Source: Candidatus Micrarchaeota archaeon (GTDB lineage: Archaea > Micrarchaeota > Micrarchaeia > Anstonellales > Bilamarchaeaceae). From it: a stretch of DNA of 24,585 bases. Below the pieces are notes generated by a model. It made no database searches. It was not told the origin of the DNA and saw only the letters and a program-made list of their open reading frames with translations. The stretch covers positions 1 to 24,585 of the forward strand of contig JBBITJ010000001.1 of NCBI GenBank assembly GCA_037440825.1, read 5' to 3'. Below are positions 1 through 7,577 of the stretch, one piece after another. A program made the position numbers and the translations under genes. How positions within the stretch are numbered: position 1 is the first letter of the stretch; every line of letters starts with the position of its first letter.

Positions 1-184
1 TCAGCATCTATCCCCTTTGGGTAATGCTCCGGGCAGCGACCCACCTTGCCGTCCCCAAACCACTCGCGATTTGTTTGAACTCATCCAACGGCTGAAGCCA
101 TCATAAGACAAAATAAGGGCGGGAGACCGAGCAGAGCTGCGCCGGGACGTGGTGCGAGCACGGGACGCTGGTGTGCCGCAGCTG
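1..184 (-). ncRNA. Putative structured non-coding transcript or long 5' leader of a gene beyond the left edge
   Basis: Starts about 30 nt after the palindromic TTTATAAA (208-215) read on the minus strand. It has an AGCTGCG/CGCAGCT closing stem and further GC hairpins, and no convincing ORF. I did not recognise the family. Confidence 0.3.
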
Positions 185-205
185 AATGTTTGTCCGAACC
201 ACCAC

Positions 206-215
206 TATTTATAAA
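206..215. promoter_or_regulatory. Archaeal TATA box, palindromic, probably bidirectional
   Basis: TATTTATAAA, 28-30 nt before ATG 236. Confidence 0.6.
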
Positions 216-235
216 GAAAAATGAGAGAATAAGGC

Positions 236-1063
236 ATGGCAAAGCCCATAGACGAAACGAAGATAAGGCACCTGGATCCGAAAGTGAAGGTGCTGTGGGC
301 GCTGAACACCATAGCTTTCGCTGCGTTCATCTGGCTCCTCATGACCTGGCTTGCCGGGCTGGCGTTCCCGGAGGAGCTGCTCGGAGTGCACAGCAGCATA
401 TACCCGTTCATGTTCCTCATGATAGTCGGAATAGTGCTCATCCCCTACTTGGTGTGGGTGGAGCTCAGGTACAGAAACTACACTTATTACATCGCGGACA
501 CCGAGATGATAATCAGGAAAGGTATATTGAGAGTGGAGCGCATAACCATCCCGTTCGAGAAGGTGCAGAACGTCAACGTCTCCCGCTCGATAATAGAGAG
601 GGTACTGGGGCTTGCCACGCTCAAGATAGAGACCGCCGGAACCAACCCCGGCGAAGCCGAAGGCATCATTCCAGGGGTTTCCGGATACCAGGCGGTTGTG
701 GACGAGATCCTGGACATGGTGGAGCACAGCCACGTCTCAGCCGCTAAAATCCACGAGGCGCACGCGGAAACTGTGGACACATCTGCGCTCACGAAGGAGC
801 TTGCGCAGCTGCGCGAGGAGATAGGGAAGCTTAGGGAGGAGAAGGAGCGCCTCAGGAACGAGCTGGAGAGAAGCAAAGCGGAACTCCCTAAGCAAGAGGC
901 ACCTGCCGAGGAGGAAGCACTCGCAGAGCCTGAAGAAGCTCCAAAGAAAAAGGAAACTGCGCCTGAAATGCCGAAACCCCTGCTCGAGTTCGAAGGCGAA
1001 AGGTATAAAAAAGTTCGAAGCAGAAATAGTAGCCCCAAGAAGCCCAGGAAAAAGGGCAAATAA
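236..1063 (+). CDS. Membrane protein with bacterial-type PH domain (YdbS/bPH_2-like) and a coiled-coil, charged C-terminal tail
   Basis: Two TM segments, then YRNYTY..IRKGIL..IPFEKVQNV..SIIERVLGLATLKIETAG, typical of bPH_2 proteins. Confidence 0.8.
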   Translation: MAKPIDETKIRHLDPKVKVLWALNTIAFAAFIWLLMTWLAGLAFPEELLGVHSSIYPFMFLMIVGIVLIPYLVWVELRYRNYTYYIADTEMIIRKGILRVERITIPFEKVQNVNVSRSIIERVLGLATLKIETAGTNPGEAEGIIPGVSGYQAVVDEILDMVEHSHVSAAKIHEAHAETVDTSALTKELAQLREEIGKLREEKERLRNELERSKAELPKQEAPAEEEALAEPEEAPKKKETAPEMPKPLLEFEGERYKKVRSRNSSPKKPRKKGK

Positions 1064-1081
1064 TTCTTAGCGGTGATTTTG

Positions 1082-1273
1082 ATGGAAGAGCTTACCAAAT
1101 ACGAGAAAGCCAGGATCATAGGCGCAAGGGCGCTCCAGCTCTACTTCGGCGCGCCGCCCCTCGTGAAGGCGACTGACGAGAAGGAGCTCGACTACATAGT
1201 ACTTGCTGAGAAGGAGCTCGCTGAGGACGCTATTCCACTCACCGTTGTAAGGGAAAGCGAGCCTGCGCAATGA
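1082..1273 (+). CDS. rpoK: DNA-directed RNA polymerase subunit Rpo6 (K)
   Basis: LTKYEKARIIGARALQL..GAP motif; GGTG SD before ATG 1082. Confidence 0.95.
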   Translation: MEELTKYEKARIIGARALQLYFGAPPLVKATDEKELDYIVLAEKELAEDAIPLTVVRESEPAQ

Positions 1274-1895
1274 TTATGGAATAATCCTTCCCTTCCTCTT
1301 TCAATAGCACCCTGCTCTCCTTGTCTATCCACATCCTCTTCGTGTAGTTCCCCATTATCCCGTCGTCCCTGAGCTCCGCCAAGTAGGCGGATCTTCCGAA
1401 AATCTCCTCCTCGCCCAGCACGCGCACGCCCACTGATTCTATTGGCGCTCCTGTGAGGCTGTTCTCGATAACCACATCCCAGCTGAAGCCCGGTGAAAGC
1501 GCGAGCATCCACGGCGAGAAGAAGAAAAACGCCTGCGAAGCCAGCGATACGTTGCCCCCTATGTCGGTGCCGTCCGGGCTTATGCAGGTCGAGACATTTG
1601 TCCCTTTTATAACCACCTTGGTGCAGTCAGCATATTCCAAATCCGCGATTGTCGCGTTCCGGAACGGCTCTCTTCCGAAAAGGAAGGTGATGATTTCGCT
1701 TTCGTTCCCGGAGATTATCTCGTAGGAGAGATGGTCGCCCGGGCGCATGGAGAACTGCGCGTTCTTCGCCAGCTTCCCCTCATGGATTGAAACCGGGCTT
1801 GCGCCTGAAGCGAAAAGGAAGAATGATACCGCGAAAAGCCCCAACACCAGCAGGATGGAGATTGCGAAAATCCTCGCCGGCTCTGATTTGAACAT
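1239..1895 (-). CDS. Hypothetical membrane-anchored/secreted protein
   Basis: 218-aa ORF with an N-terminal TM segment; its 3' end overlaps rpoK convergently by 35 nt. Confidence 0.7.
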   Translation of the reverse strand: MFKSEPARIFAISILLVLGLFAVSFFLFASGASPVSIHEGKLAKNAQFSMRPGDHLSYEIISGNESEIITFLFGREPFRNATIADLEYADCTKVVIKGTNVSTCISPDGTDIGGNVSLASQAFFFFSPWMLALSPGFSWDVVIENSLTGAPIESVGVRVLGEEEIFGRSAYLAELRDDGIMGNYTKRMWIDKESRVLLKEEGKDYSIIIAQARFPLQR

Positions 1896-1924
1896 GGGAA
1901 AATTACTGCGGGAAGATAAAAAAG

Positions 1925-2857
1925 CTAATTGCTGATCGTTTCAGCAGGCACTGCCACTGTGTTGCCGGCTTCGTCTGAGCATTCCACGCTTACACTGTGC
2001 GTTCCGGGCTGGAAGGTCGTGCTGTATAGGTAAGTCGCATGTCCTCCAGACATCGCGATTGTGGCGCCCTGCGCCACTCCGTCCCTGGTTATCGTGCACG
2101 AAACTGACGGGCTCACGGATTCCGTGATGCCGAGCTCCATGGAGAACACGCCTCCTTCGAAAGAAGACGAATAGGAAAGCTGCGGGGCAGTCCTGTCCAA
2201 AATCACAGATGCCGAAACTGCAGCGCTTTCGCCGGTGTTCCTGCACTGGACTCCGACCTCGCGCCTGCCGTCAGCCCCTGCGCTCAGTATCCATGCCTTT
2301 GTTTCTTTGTAGGTTTCCCAGGCGGACCACTCGGAATCAAGGTCGTTCCTGAACCTGCACTCCTTCGCGTTCGTCGCTGAGATGGTGAGGGTGACGCTCT
2401 GGGAATTCGAATAATCTGCGCCGTCGTTTATCTTCAGCGAGACGCCTGTGGGAACCACGAGCCCGACGCGCACCTTTAGCTGCCTCGTGTTGCCGTCGTC
2501 AAGGTTGCCTGATGTCGCGCGCACCGTGTAATAGTAATCGCCGGGCGAAAGCTGCTCTGAATAGGTGTGCCCTGCGATGGGTGCTGAGTTGAGCTTCTTC
2601 CCGAGAACCCCTTCCTCGGAGCTCCTGTAAATATCATATCCGGAAACCGGGGAAGGCGACGCCTGCCACACGAGGGAAACCATGCCGCCCTTCACGGTCG
2701 CATTCACTCCAGGAACAGGCTCCACGTATTCGTTCTCCGAGAACAGCGCAATGGATGAGCTTGCTATGAAAATCAGGATCGCCACAGCGACTATGAGCAC
2801 GTAGCGGTCCTCTTTTATCATGTCTATGAAACCTCTTTCCGAGTCGTCCTTAGCCAT
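1925..2857 (-). CDS. Membrane-anchored surface protein with fibronectin type III / Ig-like domains
   Basis: TM segment, then VSLVW..GYDIYRS..YYYTVRA (FN3-like) and INDGA..VTLTI..LDRTAP (Ig-like). Start placed at MAKDD after a GGTG SD. Confidence 0.75.
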   Translation of the reverse strand: MAKDDSERGFIDMIKEDRYVLIVAVAILIFIASSSIALFSENEYVEPVPGVNATVKGGMVSLVWQASPSPVSGYDIYRSSEEGVLGKKLNSAPIAGHTYSEQLSPGDYYYTVRATSGNLDDGNTRQLKVRVGLVVPTGVSLKINDGADYSNSQSVTLTISATNAKECRFRNDLDSEWSAWETYKETKAWILSAGADGRREVGVQCRNTGESAAVSASVILDRTAPQLSYSSSFEGGVFSMELGITESVSPSVSCTITRDGVAQGATIAMSGGHATYLYSTTFQPGTHSVSVECSDEAGNTVAVPAETISN

Positions 2858-2950
2858 GCGAGCACCACAACAACATACATTAGCTAACACTTATTAGCGT
2901 TCCCATCTTTTTAATCCTTTCTGAGCAATATCCAATCAATCGTGATTCTT

Positions 2951-4456
2951 ATGTCTAACAAACACTGGGCAGAGCAGCTTGCAGACAAAGTAGTTGAAAG
3001 GAAGAAGCCGCCGTTCGCGGTGGGCTCCGGGATAACCACTTCCGGGCCCGCGCACATGGGCACCTTGTGCGAGTTCCTCTATCCTTCCAAAGTGAGGGAC
3101 ATGCTCGCCAAGGGCGGGCACGAGGTGAAGTTCTACTTCATGGCGGACATACTGGACGCGTTCGATTCCGTGCCGTTGATTATGAAGGAATACGAGGCAC
3201 AGCTCACGCCGCACCTTGGGAAGCCGCTCGCATTTGTTCCTGATCCAACCGGGAAGAGCAGGAGCTTCGGGGACCATTTCCTGGACGAGGTGCGGGAAGT
3301 GATGAGGAAGTTCGGGATAGAGGCGGAGATAGTGAGGATGAACGAGCTCTACGCCTCCGGGAAAATGGACAAGTACGCGAAATTCTTTTTGCAGAACGAG
3401 AAGCAGGCAAAGGAGCTGCTTGAGAGGAGCAGCGGGGCGAAGCAGAAGAAGGACTGGTCCCCCATAATGCCGATATGCGGGAACTGCGGAAGGATAGCGA
3501 CCACGCGCGTGCTCTCGCACGACACGGAGAATTACGAGTACGCGTGCGACAAGGACGTGAAATACACGAAGGGATGCGGGCACAACGGAAAGGATTCGGT
3601 TTCAAACCACAATTACAAGATCGTGTGGAGGCTGGACTGGCCTGCTCGCCAGGACCTGTTCAACATAAGCTGCGAAGGCGCGGGGATGGACCATTTCACA
3701 AAAGGAGGGAGCAGGGATACGCTGGAAGCGGTCTTCGCGGAGATGTTCAGGAAGGAGCCTCCAGTTGGGTACAAGTTCGGATTCATACTCTTCCAGGGCA
3801 AGAAGTATTCCAAGAGCAAAGGCATAGGCATGGGCATATCCGATTTGATGGCGCTGCTTCCTCCTGAAGTGATAACGTTCGTGCTCATCCGCCCGGATTT
3901 GGAGGAGAACAAGAACATCTCGCCCACGAAGGAGAGCATGGCGAAGATGGTCGAGGAGTACGAGCAGTCGCAAGGCTTCGCTGAAAAAGGATTCGATAGC
4001 CTGGACAGGGCGGAGCGCAAGCGTGCGCTTGCATACCTTCTTTCAGGAAAAAGGCACTGGAAGGCCTCGTTCAGGGACATAATGATGTACCACTCGCTCC
4101 ACCAGGACTGGGACAAAGTGGGCAAGCTGCTCGGCGACGAAGAAGGGGTGCGCTATCTCACGCCTTACCTGGAGGAATGGAAAAAACGGGATTACATACC
4201 TGACGAGTTCAATTTCATATATTCCCCCAAAAAGGCGGAGGGAGCTGTGAAGGAGCTTTTCCTCTCCCTTTCCGAAGAGATGGACGCTGACGGGATACAG
4301 AACGCAGTCTTCAATTTCGCCAAATCGAAAGGAATCCAGCCTGGCGAATTCTTCAAGCAGATTTACTTCACTCTTATTGGAAAGGAAAGGGGGCCGAGGC
4401 TGGGGAAATTCATTTTCGCGCTCGGCGTGGGACGAGTCAAGAAGGACACCCTCTAG
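2951..4456 (+). CDS. lysS: Lysine--tRNA ligase, class I
   Basis: N-terminal HWAE, SGITTSGPAHMG (HIGH-like), CxxCG, KYSKSKG (KMSKS-like), C-terminal GPRLG. Confidence 0.95.
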   Translation: MSNKHWAEQLADKVVERKKPPFAVGSGITTSGPAHMGTLCEFLYPSKVRDMLAKGGHEVKFYFMADILDAFDSVPLIMKEYEAQLTPHLGKPLAFVPDPTGKSRSFGDHFLDEVREVMRKFGIEAEIVRMNELYASGKMDKYAKFFLQNEKQAKELLERSSGAKQKKDWSPIMPICGNCGRIATTRVLSHDTENYEYACDKDVKYTKGCGHNGKDSVSNHNYKIVWRLDWPARQDLFNISCEGAGMDHFTKGGSRDTLEAVFAEMFRKEPPVGYKFGFILFQGKKYSKSKGIGMGISDLMALLPPEVITFVLIRPDLEENKNISPTKESMAKMVEEYEQSQGFAEKGFDSLDRAERKRALAYLLSGKRHWKASFRDIMMYHSLHQDWDKVGKLLGDEEGVRYLTPYLEEWKKRDYIPDEFNFIYSPKKAEGAVKELFLSLSEEMDADGIQNAVFNFAKSKGIQPGEFFKQIYFTLIGKERGPRLGKFIFALGVGRVKKDTL

Positions 4457-4461
4457 CATCT

Positions 4462-4651
4462 TCAGAAGCCGCAGCCCGGTAAAATCGGCCTTTTCCTGAC
4501 ATGGCAGCGCCATTCTATCGCGAATTCGTATTCGAAGAGCGAGACCAAAGGAGCCCGGATTGCTTTCCCTGCGTATTTCCATCGGCTCCAGGAATTCGCC
4601 TGCAAGTATCGCTTCCCCGCCGATTTTCACGAAGTGGAAGCTCACGCGCAT
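4462..4651 (-). pseudogene. Small gene with an apparent frameshift
   Basis: GGTG SD and ATG 4651 follow the minus-strand reading of the TATA at 4699-4706. Frame 0 runs 414 nt antisense into lysS; the +1 frame stops at 4462-4464, just after lysS. Confidence 0.35.
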
Positions 4652-4698
4652 GGCTGCACCAAAGTAAATGTTGTTATTTGTGATCAGGTGAGCGAACG

Positions 4699-4706
4699 TT
4701 TATAAA
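4699..4706. promoter_or_regulatory. TATA box (palindromic TTTATAAA)
   Basis: Begins 30 nt before ATG 4729. Confidence 0.7.
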
Positions 4707-4728
4707 AGTTAACAAAGAATAGAAAAGC

Positions 4729-4797
4729 ATGGTTCGATTGGAAAATGGGATGAATACGTTTTCTGCTGCTCCAGTCGCACCGCTGCCGGGGGGCTGA
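4729..4797 (+). CDS. Putative leaderless leader peptide MVRLENGMNTFSAAPVAPLPGG upstream of the argB-like gene
   Basis: ATG at the predicted TSS; stop TGA in the loop of CGGGGG-GCTGA-CCCCCG (4787-4803); same layout as the Leu leader at 7384. Confidence 0.5.
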   Translation: MVRLENGMNTFSAAPVAPLPGG

Positions 4798-4850
4798 CCC
4801 CCGACTATTAGTTCTCCCAGATTTGGAATTCTTCGCAATTAGAGCCGGAG

Positions 4851-4870
4851 TTCTGCTTTTCATTTTGTTT
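4851..4870 (+). terminator. U-rich tract, candidate premature termination site
   Basis: TTCTGCTTTTCATTTTGTTT between the uORF and the SD at 4891-4896. Confidence 0.4.
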
Positions 4871-4902
4871 CAAGGACGAAAAATATTGCTGAGGTGCATG
4901 TA

Positions 4903-5770
4903 ATGAACGGGTGTTTTCTTCCGCGGTGCAGAAAACAGTAAGACAAGGGGAATAGTTGCGAAGTTCAGGCAGAAAGTCCAGGAGGAGGGGCTGCTGCTGG
5001 TTAAGTTCAGCGGGAAGACGCTGAACGACAAGATGATGAATGAGCTAGCGGAGCTCAAACGAAACCGGAAACACGGGGCTGGAAACATCGTCTTGGTGCA
5101 CGGTGGAGGTGTGCAGATAGACGAGCGCGTGCGCTCCGAATTGAAGCGCGAGCCGGAATTCGACGAAAAGACCGGGCTGCGCATAACGGACTGGGAAACC
5201 ATGCGCATAGTCGCGGACGTGATAAACGGCATAAACCGCGATTTGGTAGGGAAAATCTCCGCACTCGGAGTGGATGCTGAGGGCTTCGACCTGCGCAGCA
5301 ATGTGTTCCTGGGAAAGGCGGAAGGCGGAAAGATAGGAAGGTACGGCCGCATAACCATGACCTACGCTGCTGGAGTTATGGAGGCTGTGCTCGAAGGCAA
5401 GCTCGCAGTGGTTGCGCCAATAGGAAAGGACAACGAAGGCGCGCTCAACCTCAACGCAGATGATGCGGCTGTCGCGATGGCTGCCGCGCTGGGACTGAAG
5501 GAGATACTCCTCATAACCAACGTGGATGGCATATATGTGGAAGGGAAGCGGCTCACGAAGATATGCGGATTCTGCAGCCCGCACCTGGATGCGCTCATGG
5601 CCAACGGCTACGTGGGCAAGGGTATGAAGGAGAAGGTGTACGCGTGCTCGCTGGCAGTCGCGCAGGGCATCTCAGTGAAGATAGCCGACGGCAAGGTGGA
5701 AAACGCGATAGCGCATGCGCTGGACGGGAATGCGCACGGAACCACGGTCGTGGCAGGGGGAATTTTGTGA
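4903..5770 (+). CDS. argB: Acetylglutamate / LysW-aminoadipate kinase (ArgB/LysZ, amino acid kinase family); start region out of frame or non-canonical
   Basis: VKFSG (upstream of the track's ATG 5033), VHGGG, GLRITD, LNLNAD, TNVDG, GMKEK. The frame is open from 4907, but the SD-matched ATG 4903 is in a different frame. Confidence 0.8.
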
Positions 5771-5776
5771 CACCGG

Positions 5777-5784
5777 TATATAAA
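5777..5784 (+). promoter_or_regulatory. TATA box
   Basis: TATATAAA begins 30 nt before ATG 5807. Confidence 0.65.
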
Positions 5785-5806
5785 TGATTGAAAACGCATG
5801 ATTGAT

Positions 5807-7321
5807 ATGGCACAATTCGCACCGCCCACTCACAGTTTTGCGCAGCGCATAAGGACGCTGGACACCACACTCAGGGACGGAGAACAAACTCCAGGAGTGA
5901 AATTCAACAAAGAGGCAAAGGTCATCATAGCCAGGGCTCTGAAGAAGCTCGGCGTTGACATAATAGAGGCCGGCAGCGCGATAAACGGCAAGGAGGAAAG
6001 GGCCGCGATACGCGCGGTATGCGAAGAGGTAGGAGACAACCTTATGATCAGCTCCTTCGCGCGGGCGCTTGAAAAGGACGTTGACATGGTTGTGGAATCC
6101 GGCGCCGGTCGCGTTTCGCTCGTATTCCCGGCATCAGACATGCACATAAGGAACAAGCTCAGGACGAATGACAGGGAAGAGGCAGCAGCAAAGATACTCA
6201 AGGTGGTGGAGCACGCGAAGAAGAGGGGGCTCGTGGTGGAGATGCTCGCAGAGGACGGCAGCAGGGCGGATTTCGATTTCCTCAAGAGCATGGCTGTGCG
6301 CGGAATGGACGCTGGCTCCGACGGGTTCTGCGTATGCGATACCGTCGGAGCGCTAACTCCTGAGATGACCAAGGCGCTTTTCGAGTTCCTCAGGGAAGGA
6401 TTCCCTGGATACCTGGCTTTCCATGGCCATAATGATATGGGGCTCGCAGTAGCGAATACCCTCGCAGCCTTGCGCGGCGGCGCAGATGGGTTCCACGGCA
6501 CGATAAACGGGCTGGGGGACAGAGCAGGAAACTGCGCGCTCGAGGAAGTCGCGTTCAACCTCAAATTCCATTACCAGAAGGACACCGTGGACCTGAAGCA
6601 GATTTATGAGATATCGAAACTGGTCGCAGGGCTCTCCAATTTCTATCCTGCGAGGAACAAGCCGCTCGTGGGAAGAGGAGTGTTCTCGCACGAGGCTGGC
6701 ATACACGTGGACGGGTTGATAAAGGACGTGCGCATGTACGAGCTCTTCGATCCGGAAATGGTGGGCAGAAAAAGGGAGGTCACGCTCGGCAAGCTTTCCG
6801 GGAAGGCCAGCGTCCAGTACAAGCTCAAAGAATTCGGCATGGAGCTGGGCGAGCAGGGGAAAGAGGAGCTGCTGGGGCTCGTGAAGCAGATGGGCGAGAT
6901 GGGGCTCGTGGTGAGCGACGCCGACTTCTTCATGCTCGTGGAGAAGGTGAAGGGCAACGGCGCGCACGAGAGGATAAAGATAGAGGAAATAACAGTCACC
7001 ACCGGAAATACGATTACGCCGCACGCGTACGTCAAGATAAGGCTTAACGGAGACGAGACTTTCCATTACGGAGCCTCGCTCGGGGACGGGCCTGTTGATG
7101 CGGCGTACAAGGCAGTCGAAAACGCGCTCAAGGAAGACGGCGCAGGCGTTGAGCTCACGGGATTCCACGTGGACGCGATAACGGGCGGAAGCGAGGCAGG
7201 AGTGCGGGTGAACTTGAGGGTGAAGAAGGGCGGGATCGAGCTCACCTCTACTTCTGTTGGGACGGACATAGTGCTCGTGAGCGTGGACGCGTACAGGAAG
7301 GCGCTCAACGTGCTGCTTTAG
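5807..7321 (+). CDS. cimA: (R)-citramalate synthase-like DRE-TIM enzyme with C-terminal regulatory domain
   Basis: DTTLRDGEQTPGV, HGHND, HEAGIHVDGLIK, GPVDA and the C-terminal ..NVLL resemble, from my recollection, archaeal CimA more than LeuA. Confidence 0.75.
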   Translation: MAQFAPPTHSFAQRIRTLDTTLRDGEQTPGVKFNKEAKVIIARALKKLGVDIIEAGSAINGKEERAAIRAVCEEVGDNLMISSFARALEKDVDMVVESGAGRVSLVFPASDMHIRNKLRTNDREEAAAKILKVVEHAKKRGLVVEMLAEDGSRADFDFLKSMAVRGMDAGSDGFCVCDTVGALTPEMTKALFEFLREGFPGYLAFHGHNDMGLAVANTLAALRGGADGFHGTINGLGDRAGNCALEEVAFNLKFHYQKDTVDLKQIYEISKLVAGLSNFYPARNKPLVGRGVFSHEAGIHVDGLIKDVRMYELFDPEMVGRKREVTLGKLSGKASVQYKLKEFGMELGEQGKEELLGLVKQMGEMGLVVSDADFFMLVEKVKGNGAHERIKIEEITVTTGNTITPHAYVKIRLNGDETFHYGASLGDGPVDAAYKAVENALKEDGAGVELTGFHVDAITGGSEAGVRVNLRVKKGGIELTSTSVGTDIVLVSVDAYRKALNVLL

Positions 7322-7352
7322 CCAAAGTGTGGTTTTGTGGGAAATCAAAACC

Positions 7353-7360
7353 TTTAAAAA
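7353..7360 (+). promoter_or_regulatory. TATA box with upstream A-rich BRE-like element
   Basis: CAAAACC-TTTAAAAA; begins 31 nt before ATG 7384. Confidence 0.7.
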
Positions 7361-7383
7361 CAGTTCAGGACAAAATGATGGAT

Positions 7384-7473
7384 ATGAACGCTTCAGTACG
7401 GAACTCTAGACAGGAGATCGGAAACCGCACTGTGAGCTCCGCACAGCTTCTTCTCAGCCTTCTTTTGGCCTAG
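7384..7473 (+). CDS. Leucine-rich leader peptide MNASVRNSRQEIGNRTVSSAQLLLSLLLA (leuL-like)
   Basis: Codons CTT CTT CTC AGC CTT CTT TTG GCC TAG at 7447-7473, no Leu elsewhere in the peptide, directly upstream of a LeuA-family gene. In-frame ATGs also at 7375 and 7378. Confidence 0.8.
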   Translation: MNASVRNSRQEIGNRTVSSAQLLLSLLLA

Positions 7474-7507
7474 CCGGCCGCACATCCACAACAATCCCTA
7501 CGATAGA

Positions 7508-7528
7508 TTTCTCCTCTCTTGCTTTTTT
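7508..7528 (+). terminator. Pyrimidine/U-rich tract, candidate attenuator termination site
   Basis: TTTCTCCTCTCTTGCTTTTTT between the leader stop and the SD of the leuA-like gene. Confidence 0.5.
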
Positions 7529-7577
7529 GCCGCGTTTTCGGCGTTTCAAAGGAATTCACGATTACATGGTGATATTG

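Noticed and set aside
1..104. Box C/D sRNA (ATGATGG..CTGA on the minus strand), SRP RNA or RNase P RNA
   Set aside because: Box C is imperfect and the span is too long for a typical archaeal C/D guide; no SRP or RNase P signature sequences seen.
4754..4903. Leu/Phe-rich open frame in phase with argB
   Set aside because: Bounded by TGA upstream and TAA TGA downstream, with no supported start; explained by T-rich non-coding composition.
4745..4906. Stop-codon reassignment or read-through as an explanation for the argB start
   Set aside because: TAA, TAG and TGA all end conserved genes at the expected positions in this window.
7527..7577. ORF-track N-terminal extension of leuA from TTG 7527
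   Set aside because: Lies within the U-rich leader; the SD position supports ATG 7578.
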